The notes below the pieces were generated by a model. The model was given only the letters and a program-made list of their open reading frames with translations. It was not told the origin of the DNA and did no database searches. The translations under genes were made by a program, and so were the position numbers. Below are positions 9,446 through 18,433 of a stretch of DNA of 64,000 nucleotides, piece by piece. The stretch covers positions 5,459 to 69,458 of the forward strand of contig CANFSY010000001.1 in the NCBI GenBank assembly GCA_947449875.1, in the 5' to 3' direction. Every line of letters starts with the position of its first letter. Positions within the stretch are counted from its first letter, which is position 1. The DNA comes from Paracoccaceae bacterium. GTDB lineage: Bacteria; Pseudomonadota; Alphaproteobacteria; Rhodobacterales; Rhodobacteraceae.

Positions 9446-11572
9446 TTACCGAGAGATCAGGACAACAATGCTGCGCCCTGACACTTCGACGTGGTGCGCG
9501 TTCACAAGACCTTCGCTGCCGGGGGCATTGATGTCTTGCGGTGAGGGAAGGGCGGTATCGACGGCCTTGTACCAAGCCCGTTCGGTGACCGGCGGGATTT
9601 CGAAGGTCAGCGGTTCCCAATACATGTTGACCATGACGTGGATGTCAGCCTGAGCCAGCGATCCTGCCACTGTCCACGCCAGAGCGCGGGCATGGGGGTC
9701 GTTCCAACCCGGTTGATCCAACAAGGTGCCGTGCCATGAGATGTCTTTCATGCCACGTTCATTGGTCGCACCGCTGAAGAAACGCGCGCGGTGCACAGCC
9801 GGATGGGCTTTGCGGAAAGCGATCAGCTCGCTCCAGAAGCGCAACATGCCCGCTTCGGTTTCGGTTTGCGACCAGTCAAACCAGCCGATCGGGTTGTCTT
9901 GGCACCATGCGTTGTTGTTGCCGCCTTGGGTGCGGCGCACTTCGTCGCCCATCACGAACATCGGCACGCCTTGCGACAGCATCAGCAGCGTCGCAAAGTT
10001 GCGGATTTGCTGCTCGCGCAGGGCGTTGATCGCCGGATCGTCGGTCGCCCCTTCGGCACCACAGTTCCACGACATATTGTCGTCAACGCCGTCGCGGTTG
10101 CCTTCGCCGTTCGCTTCGTTGTGCTTATTGTTGTACGAAACGAGGTCGTTCAGCGTAAAGCCGTCATGCGCGGTGATGAAGTTCACGCTGTTGATCGGCA
10201 AATGGCCGTTGGATTGGTACAAAGACGGGCTGCCCGTGATCCGGTCGGCCACATCGCCGACAATGCCGGCTTCACCGGCCACGAATTTGCGCAGCGTGTC
10301 GCGGTAAACGCCGTTCCATTCGGCCCAGCGAAACCCGGGGAAGTGGCCGACCTGATACAGGCCCGCAGCATCCCACGCCTCGGCGATGACTTTGGTTTCA
10401 GCCAAGACATCGTCCAGTTCGATCTGCCACAGCACCGGCGGGAATTCCATCGGCGCGCCACCCGGCCCCCGCGACAAAACCGACCCCTCGTCGAAGCGGA
10501 AACCGTCGACGTGCATGTATTCAACCCAAAAGCGCAGACATTCCACGATCATCTTCGAGCCAACCGGATGGTTGCAGTTGAAGGTGTTTCCGCAGCCTGT
10601 GTAGTCGTAGTAGTAGTCTTTGTTGCCCTCGACGAGGTAGTAGTAGTTCAGGTTGTCAAACCCGCGGAACGAGAAGGTCGGGCCTTGGTGGTTGCCTTCG
10701 TCGGTGTGGTTGAACACCACATCCAAGATCACCTCAATGCCGGCCTTGTGCAGCGCCTTCACCATATCGCGGAATTCGGTCATATGCTGGGCTTCGCCCG
10801 CCGCTTCGCAATATCCCGGGTGCGGCGCGAAATACGCCATGGTCGAATAGCCCCAGAAGTTGTTGAGATTGTTGCCCTCGAACTCGTGCGATTCGGTATC
10901 GTCGAATTGGAACACGGGCAGCAATTCTACGGCGGTGACGCCAAGGCTTTGCAGATAGGGGATCTTTTCGATCACGGCCCGGAAGGTGCCGGGGGCTGTC
11001 ACATGCGCGTTGCCTGCGCGGGTAAAGCCGCCCACGTGCATTTCATAGATCACCGAATCCTGCATCGGGCGATTGAGCGGGCGATCACCCTGCCAGTCAT
11101 AATCCAGCGGATCAATCACGACCGAGCGCATGGATTGCGTCAGATTGTCCCCGGGCAAGCACGCCGCGCCACGGTTCCACAGCTCCATCGAGTTGCCATA
11201 GGCGTAGGGGTCGATCAGCACCTTTTCGGGGGTGAAACGGTGGCCCGGCTGCTTTTGGTCGGGCCCATGCACGCGGTAAGCGTAATGCAGACCCGGCTTG
11301 GCATCGACGACAAACACATGCCAGAAGTGGAAGGACTTGTTGCCCTCATCCGACATCTTGATGATCTGGAAGGGTTCGGTCGAGCTGCCTGTCGCAAACA
11401 ACAACAGCTCCATCGCGGCGGCGTTTTGCGAGAAGACGGAAAAGTTCACGCCATCGGGGTAAACCGTCGATCCCAAGGGATGGGGATCGCCTTTGGTCGT
11501 GCTGTACAGCACGGATGCGGCCGACACTTTCGCCGTGGCTTTAGCGGGTTTGGGTGCAGTTTTCGTGGTCAT
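9446..11572 (-). CDS. glgX: Glycogen debranching enzyme / isoamylase (GH13, GlgX-like)
   Basis: 'GVNFSVFS', 'LIDPYA', 'IYEMHVGGFT', 'NFWGYST', 'DVVFNHT', 'DGFRFDEG', 'IAEAWD', 'AHDGFTL', 'GNNNAWCQDN'. Confidence 0.92.
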   Translation of the reverse strand: MTTKTAPKPAKATAKVSAASVLYSTTKGDPHPLGSTVYPDGVNFSVFSQNAAAMELLLFATGSSTEPFQIIKMSDEGNKSFHFWHVFVVDAKPGLHYAYRVHGPDQKQPGHRFTPEKVLIDPYAYGNSMELWNRGAACLPGDNLTQSMRSVVIDPLDYDWQGDRPLNRPMQDSVIYEMHVGGFTRAGNAHVTAPGTFRAVIEKIPYLQSLGVTAVELLPVFQFDDTESHEFEGNNLNNFWGYSTMAYFAPHPGYCEAAGEAQHMTEFRDMVKALHKAGIEVILDVVFNHTDEGNHQGPTFSFRGFDNLNYYYLVEGNKDYYYDYTGCGNTFNCNHPVGSKMIVECLRFWVEYMHVDGFRFDEGSVLSRGPGGAPMEFPPVLWQIELDDVLAETKVIAEAWDAAGLYQVGHFPGFRWAEWNGVYRDTLRKFVAGEAGIVGDVADRITGSPSLYQSNGHLPINSVNFITAHDGFTLNDLVSYNNKHNEANGEGNRDGVDDNMSWNCGAEGATDDPAINALREQQIRNFATLLMLSQGVPMFVMGDEVRRTQGGNNNAWCQDNPIGWFDWSQTETEAGMLRFWSELIAFRKAHPAVHRARFFSGATNERGMKDISWHGTLLDQPGWNDPHARALAWTVAGSLAQADIHVMVNMYWEPLTFEIPPVTERAWYKAVDTALPSPQDINAPGSEGLVNAHHVEVSGRSIVVLISR

Positions 11573-13278
11573 TGTCCGCACTTAGCTCCAATATGTTCGG
11601 GGTGGTTGTTCCCTTCAAGGCTGACATCCAGCAAGAAGGGTCCGTTGTGGGCCAAAGCCTGATCAATCGCAGCGCCGACCTGATCGACGGTGTCCACCCG
11701 CAGGCTGGCGACGCCAAAGCCATTGGCCAGATCGGCGAAGTTCAACGCCGGTTTGGACAGATCGAAACTGGTGGGAAAGTCGCGGCCGGTGATGCCGCGC
11801 TCTGACCAGAACTGCGAGATATTGGCTTGCAGCAAGCGGTAAGAGCGGTTGTTGCAGATCACAAACTTGACGGGAAGGTTGTGGCGCACCGCACTCCACA
11901 GGGCTTGCAACACATACATGGCCCCGCCGTCACCCGACACCGCCACAACCGTGCGGCCCTTATGCGCCGCTTGCAGGCCCAAGCCGCCCGCCAAAGCCGT
12001 ACCAAGCGAGCCGCCACGGGTCTGGAAGAACCGGTTGGGTTCGCAGGGCTGCAAAAACGCGGTCAAAGCCGGCGAATTGGTGAGAGCTTCGTCAAACACC
12101 AAAGCATCGGCGGGCAAGCGCGCGGCCAATTCCTTTGCAAAATGGCCAAAGTACATGGTGCCCGCCACTTTGCCTTCGCCGCGCGTGACCAATTCTTGCG
12201 CCGTGGCCAGCTCTGCCGCACGTCTTAGCGCGCCATTGGCGACAGCCGCTTTGGCTTTGTCGGCCTGTGCTGCGGTGCGGGCTGCAAGAATGCTGCCCGC
12301 CAAAGCTTCCAGCGTCAGCTTGGGGTCGCCCAGCAGGCCCATGTCGACCGGATGGTTTTTTGCGATTGAGTTGGTGTCCATATCAATATGGATGGTTTTG
12401 GCCCCGTCGGCGTAGATATTGCCCAGCTCAGGGAACACCTCGGGCAGCATATAGGTGCCGACAATCAGGTTCACATCGCCGCTTTGGGTGATGGGCAAAC
12501 TGTGCGAGCCGAACATATGGCCGGTTTGGCCCCGCCACAGCGGGTGGCGGTAGGACATGTTCAGGTTGCCCCCGTCCACGCCCCAGACATCGGCACCCAA
12601 GGCCTCTGCCACGCTGGCCAAAGCGCCCTCGGCATTCGCCATCGACACGCCGTCGCCGATGTAGATCGTCGGACGTTCGGCCTGAAGCAGCATCAGCGCG
12701 GCGCTGTCGATCATCGCTTGCCGCGGTATCACGCGCGAATCGGGAATGCAGGTCGCAAAGACCTCTTCGACGTTCAGCTCATCCAGCATGTCTTGCGGCA
12801 AGCAGACATAAACCGGCCCCATCGGCGGGGTCAGCGCGATTTTAATCGCGCGGCGCAAAATGCGCAGCAGCGACGAGGGGTGTTGCACCATGGTGGACCA
12901 TTTGGTCACAGGCCGCGCCATGGCCACCAGATCGGCGGCCATCTGTGCTTCCATCGCCTGATAGCGAATGCCGGAATCGCCGCCCAACACAACGATCGGG
13001 CTATGGCCGCGATTGGCTTGGTACATCGCGCCAATGGCATTGCCCAAACCGGGGCTCGAGTGGATCTGCGCAATCGCAAGCCCCCCCGTCGCGCGGGCAT
13101 AGGCATCCGCAGCATAAATCGCGATGCTTTCTTGCAGGGTCAGCACATAAGACAGGGCAGGGCGATCTTCCAGCGCGTCAAGAAAGCCTTGTTCAACGGT
13201 GCCGGGGTTGCCAAAAATCTTTGTAACGCCGTCAGCCAGAAGCTGATCAAGAATTGCGTAATGGCCTGTTCGCGACAT
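11569..13278 (-). CDS. Thiamine-diphosphate-dependent enzyme (benzoylformate decarboxylase / ALS-like)
   Basis: 'FGNPGTVE', 'LQESIA', 'HSSPGLGNA', ThDP motif 'GDGGAMY...NNRSY'. Stop overlaps the glgX ATG (ATGA). Confidence 0.9.
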   Translation of the reverse strand: MSRTGHYAILDQLLADGVTKIFGNPGTVEQGFLDALEDRPALSYVLTLQESIAIYAADAYARATGGLAIAQIHSSPGLGNAIGAMYQANRGHSPIVVLGGDSGIRYQAMEAQMAADLVAMARPVTKWSTMVQHPSSLLRILRRAIKIALTPPMGPVYVCLPQDMLDELNVEEVFATCIPDSRVIPRQAMIDSAALMLLQAERPTIYIGDGVSMANAEGALASVAEALGADVWGVDGGNLNMSYRHPLWRGQTGHMFGSHSLPITQSGDVNLIVGTYMLPEVFPELGNIYADGAKTIHIDMDTNSIAKNHPVDMGLLGDPKLTLEALAGSILAARTAAQADKAKAAVANGALRRAAELATAQELVTRGEGKVAGTMYFGHFAKELAARLPADALVFDEALTNSPALTAFLQPCEPNRFFQTRGGSLGTALAGGLGLQAAHKGRTVVAVSGDGGAMYVLQALWSAVRHNLPVKFVICNNRSYRLLQANISQFWSERGITGRDFPTSFDLSKPALNFADLANGFGVASLRVDTVDQVGAAIDQALAHNGPFLLDVSLEGNNHPEHIGAKCGQ

Positions 13279-13313
13279 GGGTTCCACCAATTATGACAGT
13301 TTAACATGGTCAA

Positions 13314-13341
13314 GTTTGGGCCTGAAACATCAGGCCCAAAC
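13314..13341. terminator. Intercistronic stem-loop
   Basis: Perfect 12-bp stem GTTTGGGCCTGA-aaca-TCAGGCCCAAAC, with no long U-tract. Confidence 0.6.
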
Positions 13342-13359
13342 GCGTATTGGAATTGGCCT

Positions 13360-14202
13360 TTACCAGCCCGACCGCTTCAAATCTTTGGTCAGCACATCGA
13401 CAAAACGGTCACCGAATTCGTGCGAGCATTGCAGCGACCGCGCGGTGATGAAGGGGTAGTCCACAACAACCGAGGTTTGTTTGCCGAAATTGCCATGATA
13501 TTGGCCATCCGGGCCAACGGCATCCGACAGAAGATGCTCCAAGCAATAGGGCGGCGGGCCCATGTTAAAATCGGTGCCCATAAAGCCGGTGCCATCGTGA
13601 TAATCGTATTCGATGCAATGGCCGGTGACGTGCTTGCCCTTCAGGATAGACTTGCGCTCGTTGAAATCACGCGCAAAAATCAACGTCGCTACGCCGTAGC
13701 AGATCGCGCCAATCGGGCGACCGGCAGCGTGAAAGCCCAAGACAAGATCGTGCACGCGCTGATTGTTCACCATATCAACAATCGGGCCCGACCCTCCAAC
13801 CAGCAAAATCGCATCATAGGTGGCCAACGCCGATTCCTGCGCCATGCGGCGGGTTTCGTAATAGGCTTGCAATTCGCGCAGGAAATTGGGGCGCGAATAA
13901 TAGGGCCGCTCCGGGAACATCTGCGACAGGTTCATCGTTGCATTCAGCGCCGGTGTCGCTTCAAAAGCATCCACCAAAGCTTTGTCGAGCGGTGTTGTCA
14001 CGCAAACACCCAACGGCGGATCAATATAGGTGGTGTCGGTGCTTGGCGGCAGCACTGGGGCGCGCGTGCCCTTGGGTGTTACGAAGTCAAAAGAATAGCC
14101 GGCAGCTTCCAGTTTGCGAAGCGGGCCGACCAGTTCGATCCCCCAATAGCCGAATTCTGACATCACGGCCAGAATACGCTTAGTTTCAGAACGCTTGGTC
14201 AT
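13360..14202 (-). CDS. Class I GATase-like / DJ-1 superfamily protein (Hsp31-type)
   Basis: 'GYWGIELVGP', 'FVTPKG', 'YDAILLVGGSG', 'GAICYG', 'GKHVTG', 'VVVDYPFITAR'. Confidence 0.85.
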   Translation of the reverse strand: MTKRSETKRILAVMSEFGYWGIELVGPLRKLEAAGYSFDFVTPKGTRAPVLPPSTDTTYIDPPLGVCVTTPLDKALVDAFEATPALNATMNLSQMFPERPYYSRPNFLRELQAYYETRRMAQESALATYDAILLVGGSGPIVDMVNNQRVHDLVLGFHAAGRPIGAICYGVATLIFARDFNERKSILKGKHVTGHCIEYDYHDGTGFMGTDFNMGPPPYCLEHLLSDAVGPDGQYHGNFGKQTSVVVDYPFITARSLQCSHEFGDRFVDVLTKDLKRSGW

Positions 14203-14540
14203 GTAGTGTCACTCCGAAGAATTTGAAGATTAGGTACGATTACACGCGATAGCACTGTTTGGTCATGTGACGCAGGAGAGGACATGCCGTGATTACGAGG
14301 ACTCTTAATTAAGGGCCTATTCCAGAAGTAATGGTAAGCGCGACGTGAACTTAGTAACGCTTATCCTTTTCTTCCGTATAGGCCCCCATAAGCACTGTTT
14401 GATCAGCGAAAAATTATTATCATCGACCTTAGCTTTTTGGCCAACTTACGATAACATTATCGACCCACCAAGCAGTCCCCTGAGCGAAGTCTATTTTTAA
14501 CCCGTCATGCGTATTTCGGGGCGTAAGATTTCAAAAAAGG
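14203..14540. promoter_or_regulatory. AT-rich internal intergenic region with repeated and palindromic motifs
   Basis: AGCACTGTTTG(G/A)TCA at 14251-14265 and 14391-14405, CGATAA-ca-TTATCG at 14449-14462, CTTAATTAAG at 14304-14313. Confidence 0.5.
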
Positions 14541-14852
14541 CTAAGCTCGATCTTCGCTATAGAATGCGGCAAGAGCAGATGGTGCCACCACCTTAGCAAG
14601 ATATTCCAGATACGATTTGCCCCACATTGTCTCCCACATCGAGCATGAGAAATCAAAAGTCTCGCCTATGCGCTCTGCAAGCTTGATTTCTGTCTCCCAC
14701 ATCGTGGAATCAAATGTTGCCTCGTCAAAATCGTACCCAGATGCGCGCGCTTCCGATAAAACTTCGGCTTTGGACGCTTTACCCAAGACGAACAGTTTTC
14801 CAGAATCTCTTGCGAGATCAGACAGAAACCGTAAAACATTCGGATCAATCAT
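14541..14852 (-). CDS. Small Nif11-like protein B (103 aa)
   Basis: 'VLRFLSDL...EARASGYDFD' Nif11-type N-terminus and 'SMWETMWGKSYLEY'. ATGA-coupled to the upstream paralogue. Confidence 0.7.
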   Translation of the reverse strand: MIDPNVLRFLSDLARDSGKLFVLGKASKAEVLSEARASGYDFDEATFDSTMWETEIKLAERIGETFDFSCSMWETMWGKSYLEYLAKVVAPSALAAFYSEDRA

Positions 14853-15175
14853 GCTTCGGCTCCTTCCATCAAGGTGCGGCGGGTCGCATCGTCTGTCTTG
14901 CGCCACAATTCATTCACAACGTAATCCAGCCGAGACCGACCCCACATAAAACGCCACAGTGTGCTTTCGCCGTTGATCTCTTGCTTATCCACTTGCATGA
15001 TTCGCGCCACTTCCATGCCGCCGATCAGTTTCCCTAGATCGCCCACATCGAAGCTATAGCCGTCGCAACGGGCCGCAAAAATCATATCAGGAACCGGAAG
15101 TTTTTCATAGCGGACCAGCAGATCAGGCTGGTCCGCGCATTTTTGAAAAAAAAGAGCGGCGCTTTTTAACGACAT
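14849..15175 (-). CDS. Small Nif11-like protein A (108 aa)
   Basis: 'MSLKSAALFFQKCADQPDL...AARCDGYSFD' Nif11-type N-terminus and 'TLWRFMWGRSRLDY'. Confidence 0.72.
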   Translation of the reverse strand: MSLKSAALFFQKCADQPDLLVRYEKLPVPDMIFAARCDGYSFDVGDLGKLIGGMEVARIMQVDKQEINGESTLWRFMWGRSRLDYVVNELWRKTDDATRRTLMEGAEA

Positions 15176-15203
15176 ATCAAACCTATATACTTGGCACCCA
15201 TCA

Positions 15204-16784
15204 TCATACTTTTCCAAGCACAAAGTCAGCCGCGCGTTCTGCAATCATGACAGTCGTCGTATGCGTATTGGCCGACACAATCGTGGGCATGATAGAGGCG
15301 TCACAAACACGCAAACCATCAATCCCGTGAACTTTTAACGACGTGTCAACGACAGCCATCGCATCAACCCCCATCTTTGCGGTTCCCACGAAATGATAAT
15401 AGGAACCAGTATTTTCAATGACATAGTCCCGAAGTTGATCACGGGTTGTCACTTGCGGGCCGGGCGATAATTCATTCAGTCCAAGCCCCTCGCTGAAGGC
15501 TTTTGCCGCGAAAATTTTACGCCCGATCTCAATCATATCGATGGTTCTCTCCAAGTCAGAAGCATCGCCGTAATAGTTGCAATCAACGATCGGGTAATCC
15601 GTCGGGTTCTTGCTCGCTAAACGGATCTCGCCGCGCGAAACAGGGCTTACAAGACCAGGAAGCGCCAAGATCACATGCGGATCAACCAATTCGGTTGCAT
15701 TGCCAACGGGTTGACCACTTTGAACGCGTTTAATCACGCTCTCAAAGAACTTCGGGCCAAAGGGGGCACGGTGAACGAGACAGATTTCCAAATCAGGAAT
15801 GGGTTGATCTTCAGAACTTTTGCAGAAAAGGGCAACTTCGGTGACATTACCGCGAGGTGGTTGTGCTGCGTCCTTTAAATAGCCGATGGGGCCAATAACC
15901 AACGGATGATCATGCAAGTTCTTGCCCACACCCGGCAAAGCATGAAGAACCTCTATTCCAAGTGCGTGCAATACGTCTTGCGGCCCAATTCCCGACAGCA
16001 TCAAGAGTTTTGGTGTCTGGATCGCTCCGGCGGTCACAAGAACTTCACGGCGCGCGGATACCGTGACTGTGATGCCATCCGCGGTATATTCAACACCGGT
16101 CGCGGCCTTGCCTTCCAGAATAATCCGATTAGCCATGGCACGCGTGACGACCGTGAGGTTTTCGCGGTTCATTATGGGTTCGTAATATGCCCGATAAACA
16201 CCACGGCGCTGGCCATTTTCGATATCAACATGGTGCCAGCCAGCGCCTTCACTGGTCGCGTTAAAGTCTGCCACTTCGTTGTAACCAATTTCCACGCAAG
16301 CATTTATAAAGGTCTGAGAAACTGGGTTTCCGACGTCACCGGCATTAGTGACTGTTATAGGGCCATTTTTGCCCGCTGTTGGATTGGTATCGTCACGCTG
16401 GTTTTCCAGTTTTTGCAGATAGGGTAAAACATCTACAAATGACCAACCTTTCGCGCCATTTGCGGCCCAGTCGTTATAATCTTCAGGCCGGCCCCGCGTG
16501 TGGATCATATGGAATATATTAGAGGTACCACCAACACCACGGCCTGAGGCAGAGTAAACCTGACGTCCACCCAGACCCGGTTGGGGTGGGCCCATATAGG
16601 CCCAATCAAGATCGGTCAGCAGCAATTCGTTCCAGCGTGTCGTGCTGTCGACAGCTTCGTTAATATCAGGTCCACCTGCCTCAATCATGAGCACAGAGAT
16701 TGACGGATCAGCCGTCAAGCGGTTTGCAAGGACGCAGCCAGCGGTACCACCGCCAACAATAATGTAATCGTAGTTATTTGCCAT
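15204..16784 (-). CDS. GMC-family FAD oxidoreductase 2
   Basis: 'YDYIIVGGGTAG', 'GRGVGGTS', 'GKNLHDH', 'YYHFVGTAKMG', 'SANTHT'. GGGAG RBS before ATG 16784. Confidence 0.92.
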   Translation of the reverse strand: MANNYDYIIVGGGTAGCVLANRLTADPSISVLMIEAGGPDINEAVDSTTRWNELLLTDLDWAYMGPPQPGLGGRQVYSASGRGVGGTSNIFHMIHTRGRPEDYNDWAANGAKGWSFVDVLPYLQKLENQRDDTNPTAGKNGPITVTNAGDVGNPVSQTFINACVEIGYNEVADFNATSEGAGWHHVDIENGQRRGVYRAYYEPIMNRENLTVVTRAMANRIILEGKAATGVEYTADGITVTVSARREVLVTAGAIQTPKLLMLSGIGPQDVLHALGIEVLHALPGVGKNLHDHPLVIGPIGYLKDAAQPPRGNVTEVALFCKSSEDQPIPDLEICLVHRAPFGPKFFESVIKRVQSGQPVGNATELVDPHVILALPGLVSPVSRGEIRLASKNPTDYPIVDCNYYGDASDLERTIDMIEIGRKIFAAKAFSEGLGLNELSPGPQVTTRDQLRDYVIENTGSYYHFVGTAKMGVDAMAVVDTSLKVHGIDGLRVCDASIMPTIVSANTHTTTVMIAERAADFVLGKV

Positions 16785-16806
16785 TTCAAAGAACTCCCTT
16801 ATATCT

Positions 16807-18351
16807 TCAAGGCCGATTGAGGATAAGATCAGCTGCTTTGTCGCCAATCATTATGGTTGCTGCATTGGTATTGCCCGAGGTAATCACGGGCATAATAGAT
16901 GCATCCGCTACCCGAAGACCCTTAACTCCCCGTACGCGCAATTGGGGATCGACCACCGCTGCTGGATCATTATCAGCACCCATTCTGCAAGTTCCAACCG
17001 GATGCCAAACCGTGGAAGCTGAAGCGCGAACATAAGCTTCGACGGCTGTGTCGGAATCTATCCCGACGCCCGGCGCCAATTCTTGCTGACGCAAGGAATC
17101 AAAAGCGCTGTGGGCTGCCAATTGACGCGCTAAAGCCACACCCTTTACAAAGACACCCACGTCACGGCTATCAGTCAGATATTGCGGATCTATGATGGGT
17201 TTTTGCAGCGGATTAGCGGACGCCAGTGTTACAGTTCCGCGGCTTCGTGGTTGGGCTATGATCGGAACCAAGGTAAATCCGGGCCCGCCGTCCAAATATT
17301 GCGGGTCCGCGAATTGAATGGGCCCAAAGAAGAATTGCAGATCTGGTGAAGTCGTTTTGCGATCATAGGTGCCTGTGTACGTGAAGAGTCCGGCTTCAGA
17401 CAAAAGTTGCGGCGGTGCCATATCGTGGGATGCCCGGTAAGTTACGGACAACAAAAGGTGATCTTGCAAATTTTTGCCGACGCCCGACACATCTGAGACA
17501 ACAGCAATACCGTGTGATTTGAGATGTTCTGCCGGGCCTATGCCGGACAACATCAATATGTGCGGCGAAAGGAATGCACCTGCGGTCAATATTACTTCGC
17601 GCTTAACCCGCATGGTTAGAGTTTGAGCGCCCGAGACGTATTCCACACCGACCGCTCGCCCATCTTCTATTAGGACACGTGTCACTTGAGCATTCGTAAC
17701 AATCTTCAATCGATGATCCGTTTTGATCGGATCCAAAAAGGCTGTCGCTGTGCTGCAGCGGCGGTTCTTATCAAGACGTGTTGACTGATAGAGAAAGGAA
17801 TTGTCTTCTTGCTGATCGCCGTTAAAGTCACGATCAACTGTTGAAATGCCCAATCCGCGTGCGGCTTCTATAAATGCTGCTGCAGCTTCTGATTGATACT
17901 CCATATCGATGACTTTAAGGCCACCTTGACGACCGCGGTAGGCATCATCTCCGTTATCATACGATTCGGAGCGCTTAAAATAGGGCAAGACTTCAGAATA
18001 GGACCAACCTTTTGCACCCATTGCCTCCCACGTATCGAAGTCGTTGGGATTTCCACGTACGTACATCATCGCGTTTATTGCGGTGCCACCGCCCAAGCCA
18101 CGGCCTTGGGCGATATCTATTTTGCGGCCGCCCATTCCTGTTTGCGGCACCGTTTGAAACGACCAGTTTTGTTCAGAGGGTCCCCACATAGACGTCATGG
18201 AGCCAATATCCGTAGCGTGAATTGCAGGACTGGTATTTTCTCCGCCGGCTTCCAAGAGTGCAACAGTCGCGTTGCCAAGTGTCACAAGACGGTTTGCAAG
18301 GACTGCACCGGCAGCGCCAGCGCCAACAACAATGTAATCGACATCGTTCAT
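16807..18351 (-). CDS. GMC-family FAD oxidoreductase 1
   Basis: 'DYIVVGAGAAG', 'GRGLGGGTAINAMMYVRG', 'GKNLQDH', 'VWHPVGTCRMG', 'SGNTNA'. Confidence 0.92.
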   Translation of the reverse strand: MNDVDYIVVGAGAAGAVLANRLVTLGNATVALLEAGGENTSPAIHATDIGSMTSMWGPSEQNWSFQTVPQTGMGGRKIDIAQGRGLGGGTAINAMMYVRGNPNDFDTWEAMGAKGWSYSEVLPYFKRSESYDNGDDAYRGRQGGLKVIDMEYQSEAAAAFIEAARGLGISTVDRDFNGDQQEDNSFLYQSTRLDKNRRCSTATAFLDPIKTDHRLKIVTNAQVTRVLIEDGRAVGVEYVSGAQTLTMRVKREVILTAGAFLSPHILMLSGIGPAEHLKSHGIAVVSDVSGVGKNLQDHLLLSVTYRASHDMAPPQLLSEAGLFTYTGTYDRKTTSPDLQFFFGPIQFADPQYLDGGPGFTLVPIIAQPRSRGTVTLASANPLQKPIIDPQYLTDSRDVGVFVKGVALARQLAAHSAFDSLRQQELAPGVGIDSDTAVEAYVRASASTVWHPVGTCRMGADNDPAAVVDPQLRVRGVKGLRVADASIMPVITSGNTNAATIMIGDKAADLILNRP

Positions 18352-18433
18352 CTTTTATCATAACCGCTGCTGGCGGCGCTCCCTAGTAGGAAAATTAGAT
18401 TACCCGAAATTGGGCAGGTATAAAACGAAGGAT

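Noticed and set aside
6629-11662. Long plus-strand ORFs 6629..8986 (785 aa) and 9791..11662 (623 aa)
   Set aside because: Antisense shadows of PfpI/AGE and glgX with no recognisable motifs, as is typical of high-GC coding DNA.
14274-14292. AGGAG followed by ATG-CCG-TGA mini-ORF on the plus strand
   Set aside because: Only two codons, antisense to the cluster, with no downstream gene to regulate. Likely chance.
14541-15175. Classical Nif11-leader lanthipeptide or azole RiPP cluster
   Set aside because: No LanM, YcaO, radical SAM or C39 peptidase transporter in the window, and no Cys/Ser/Thr-rich core.
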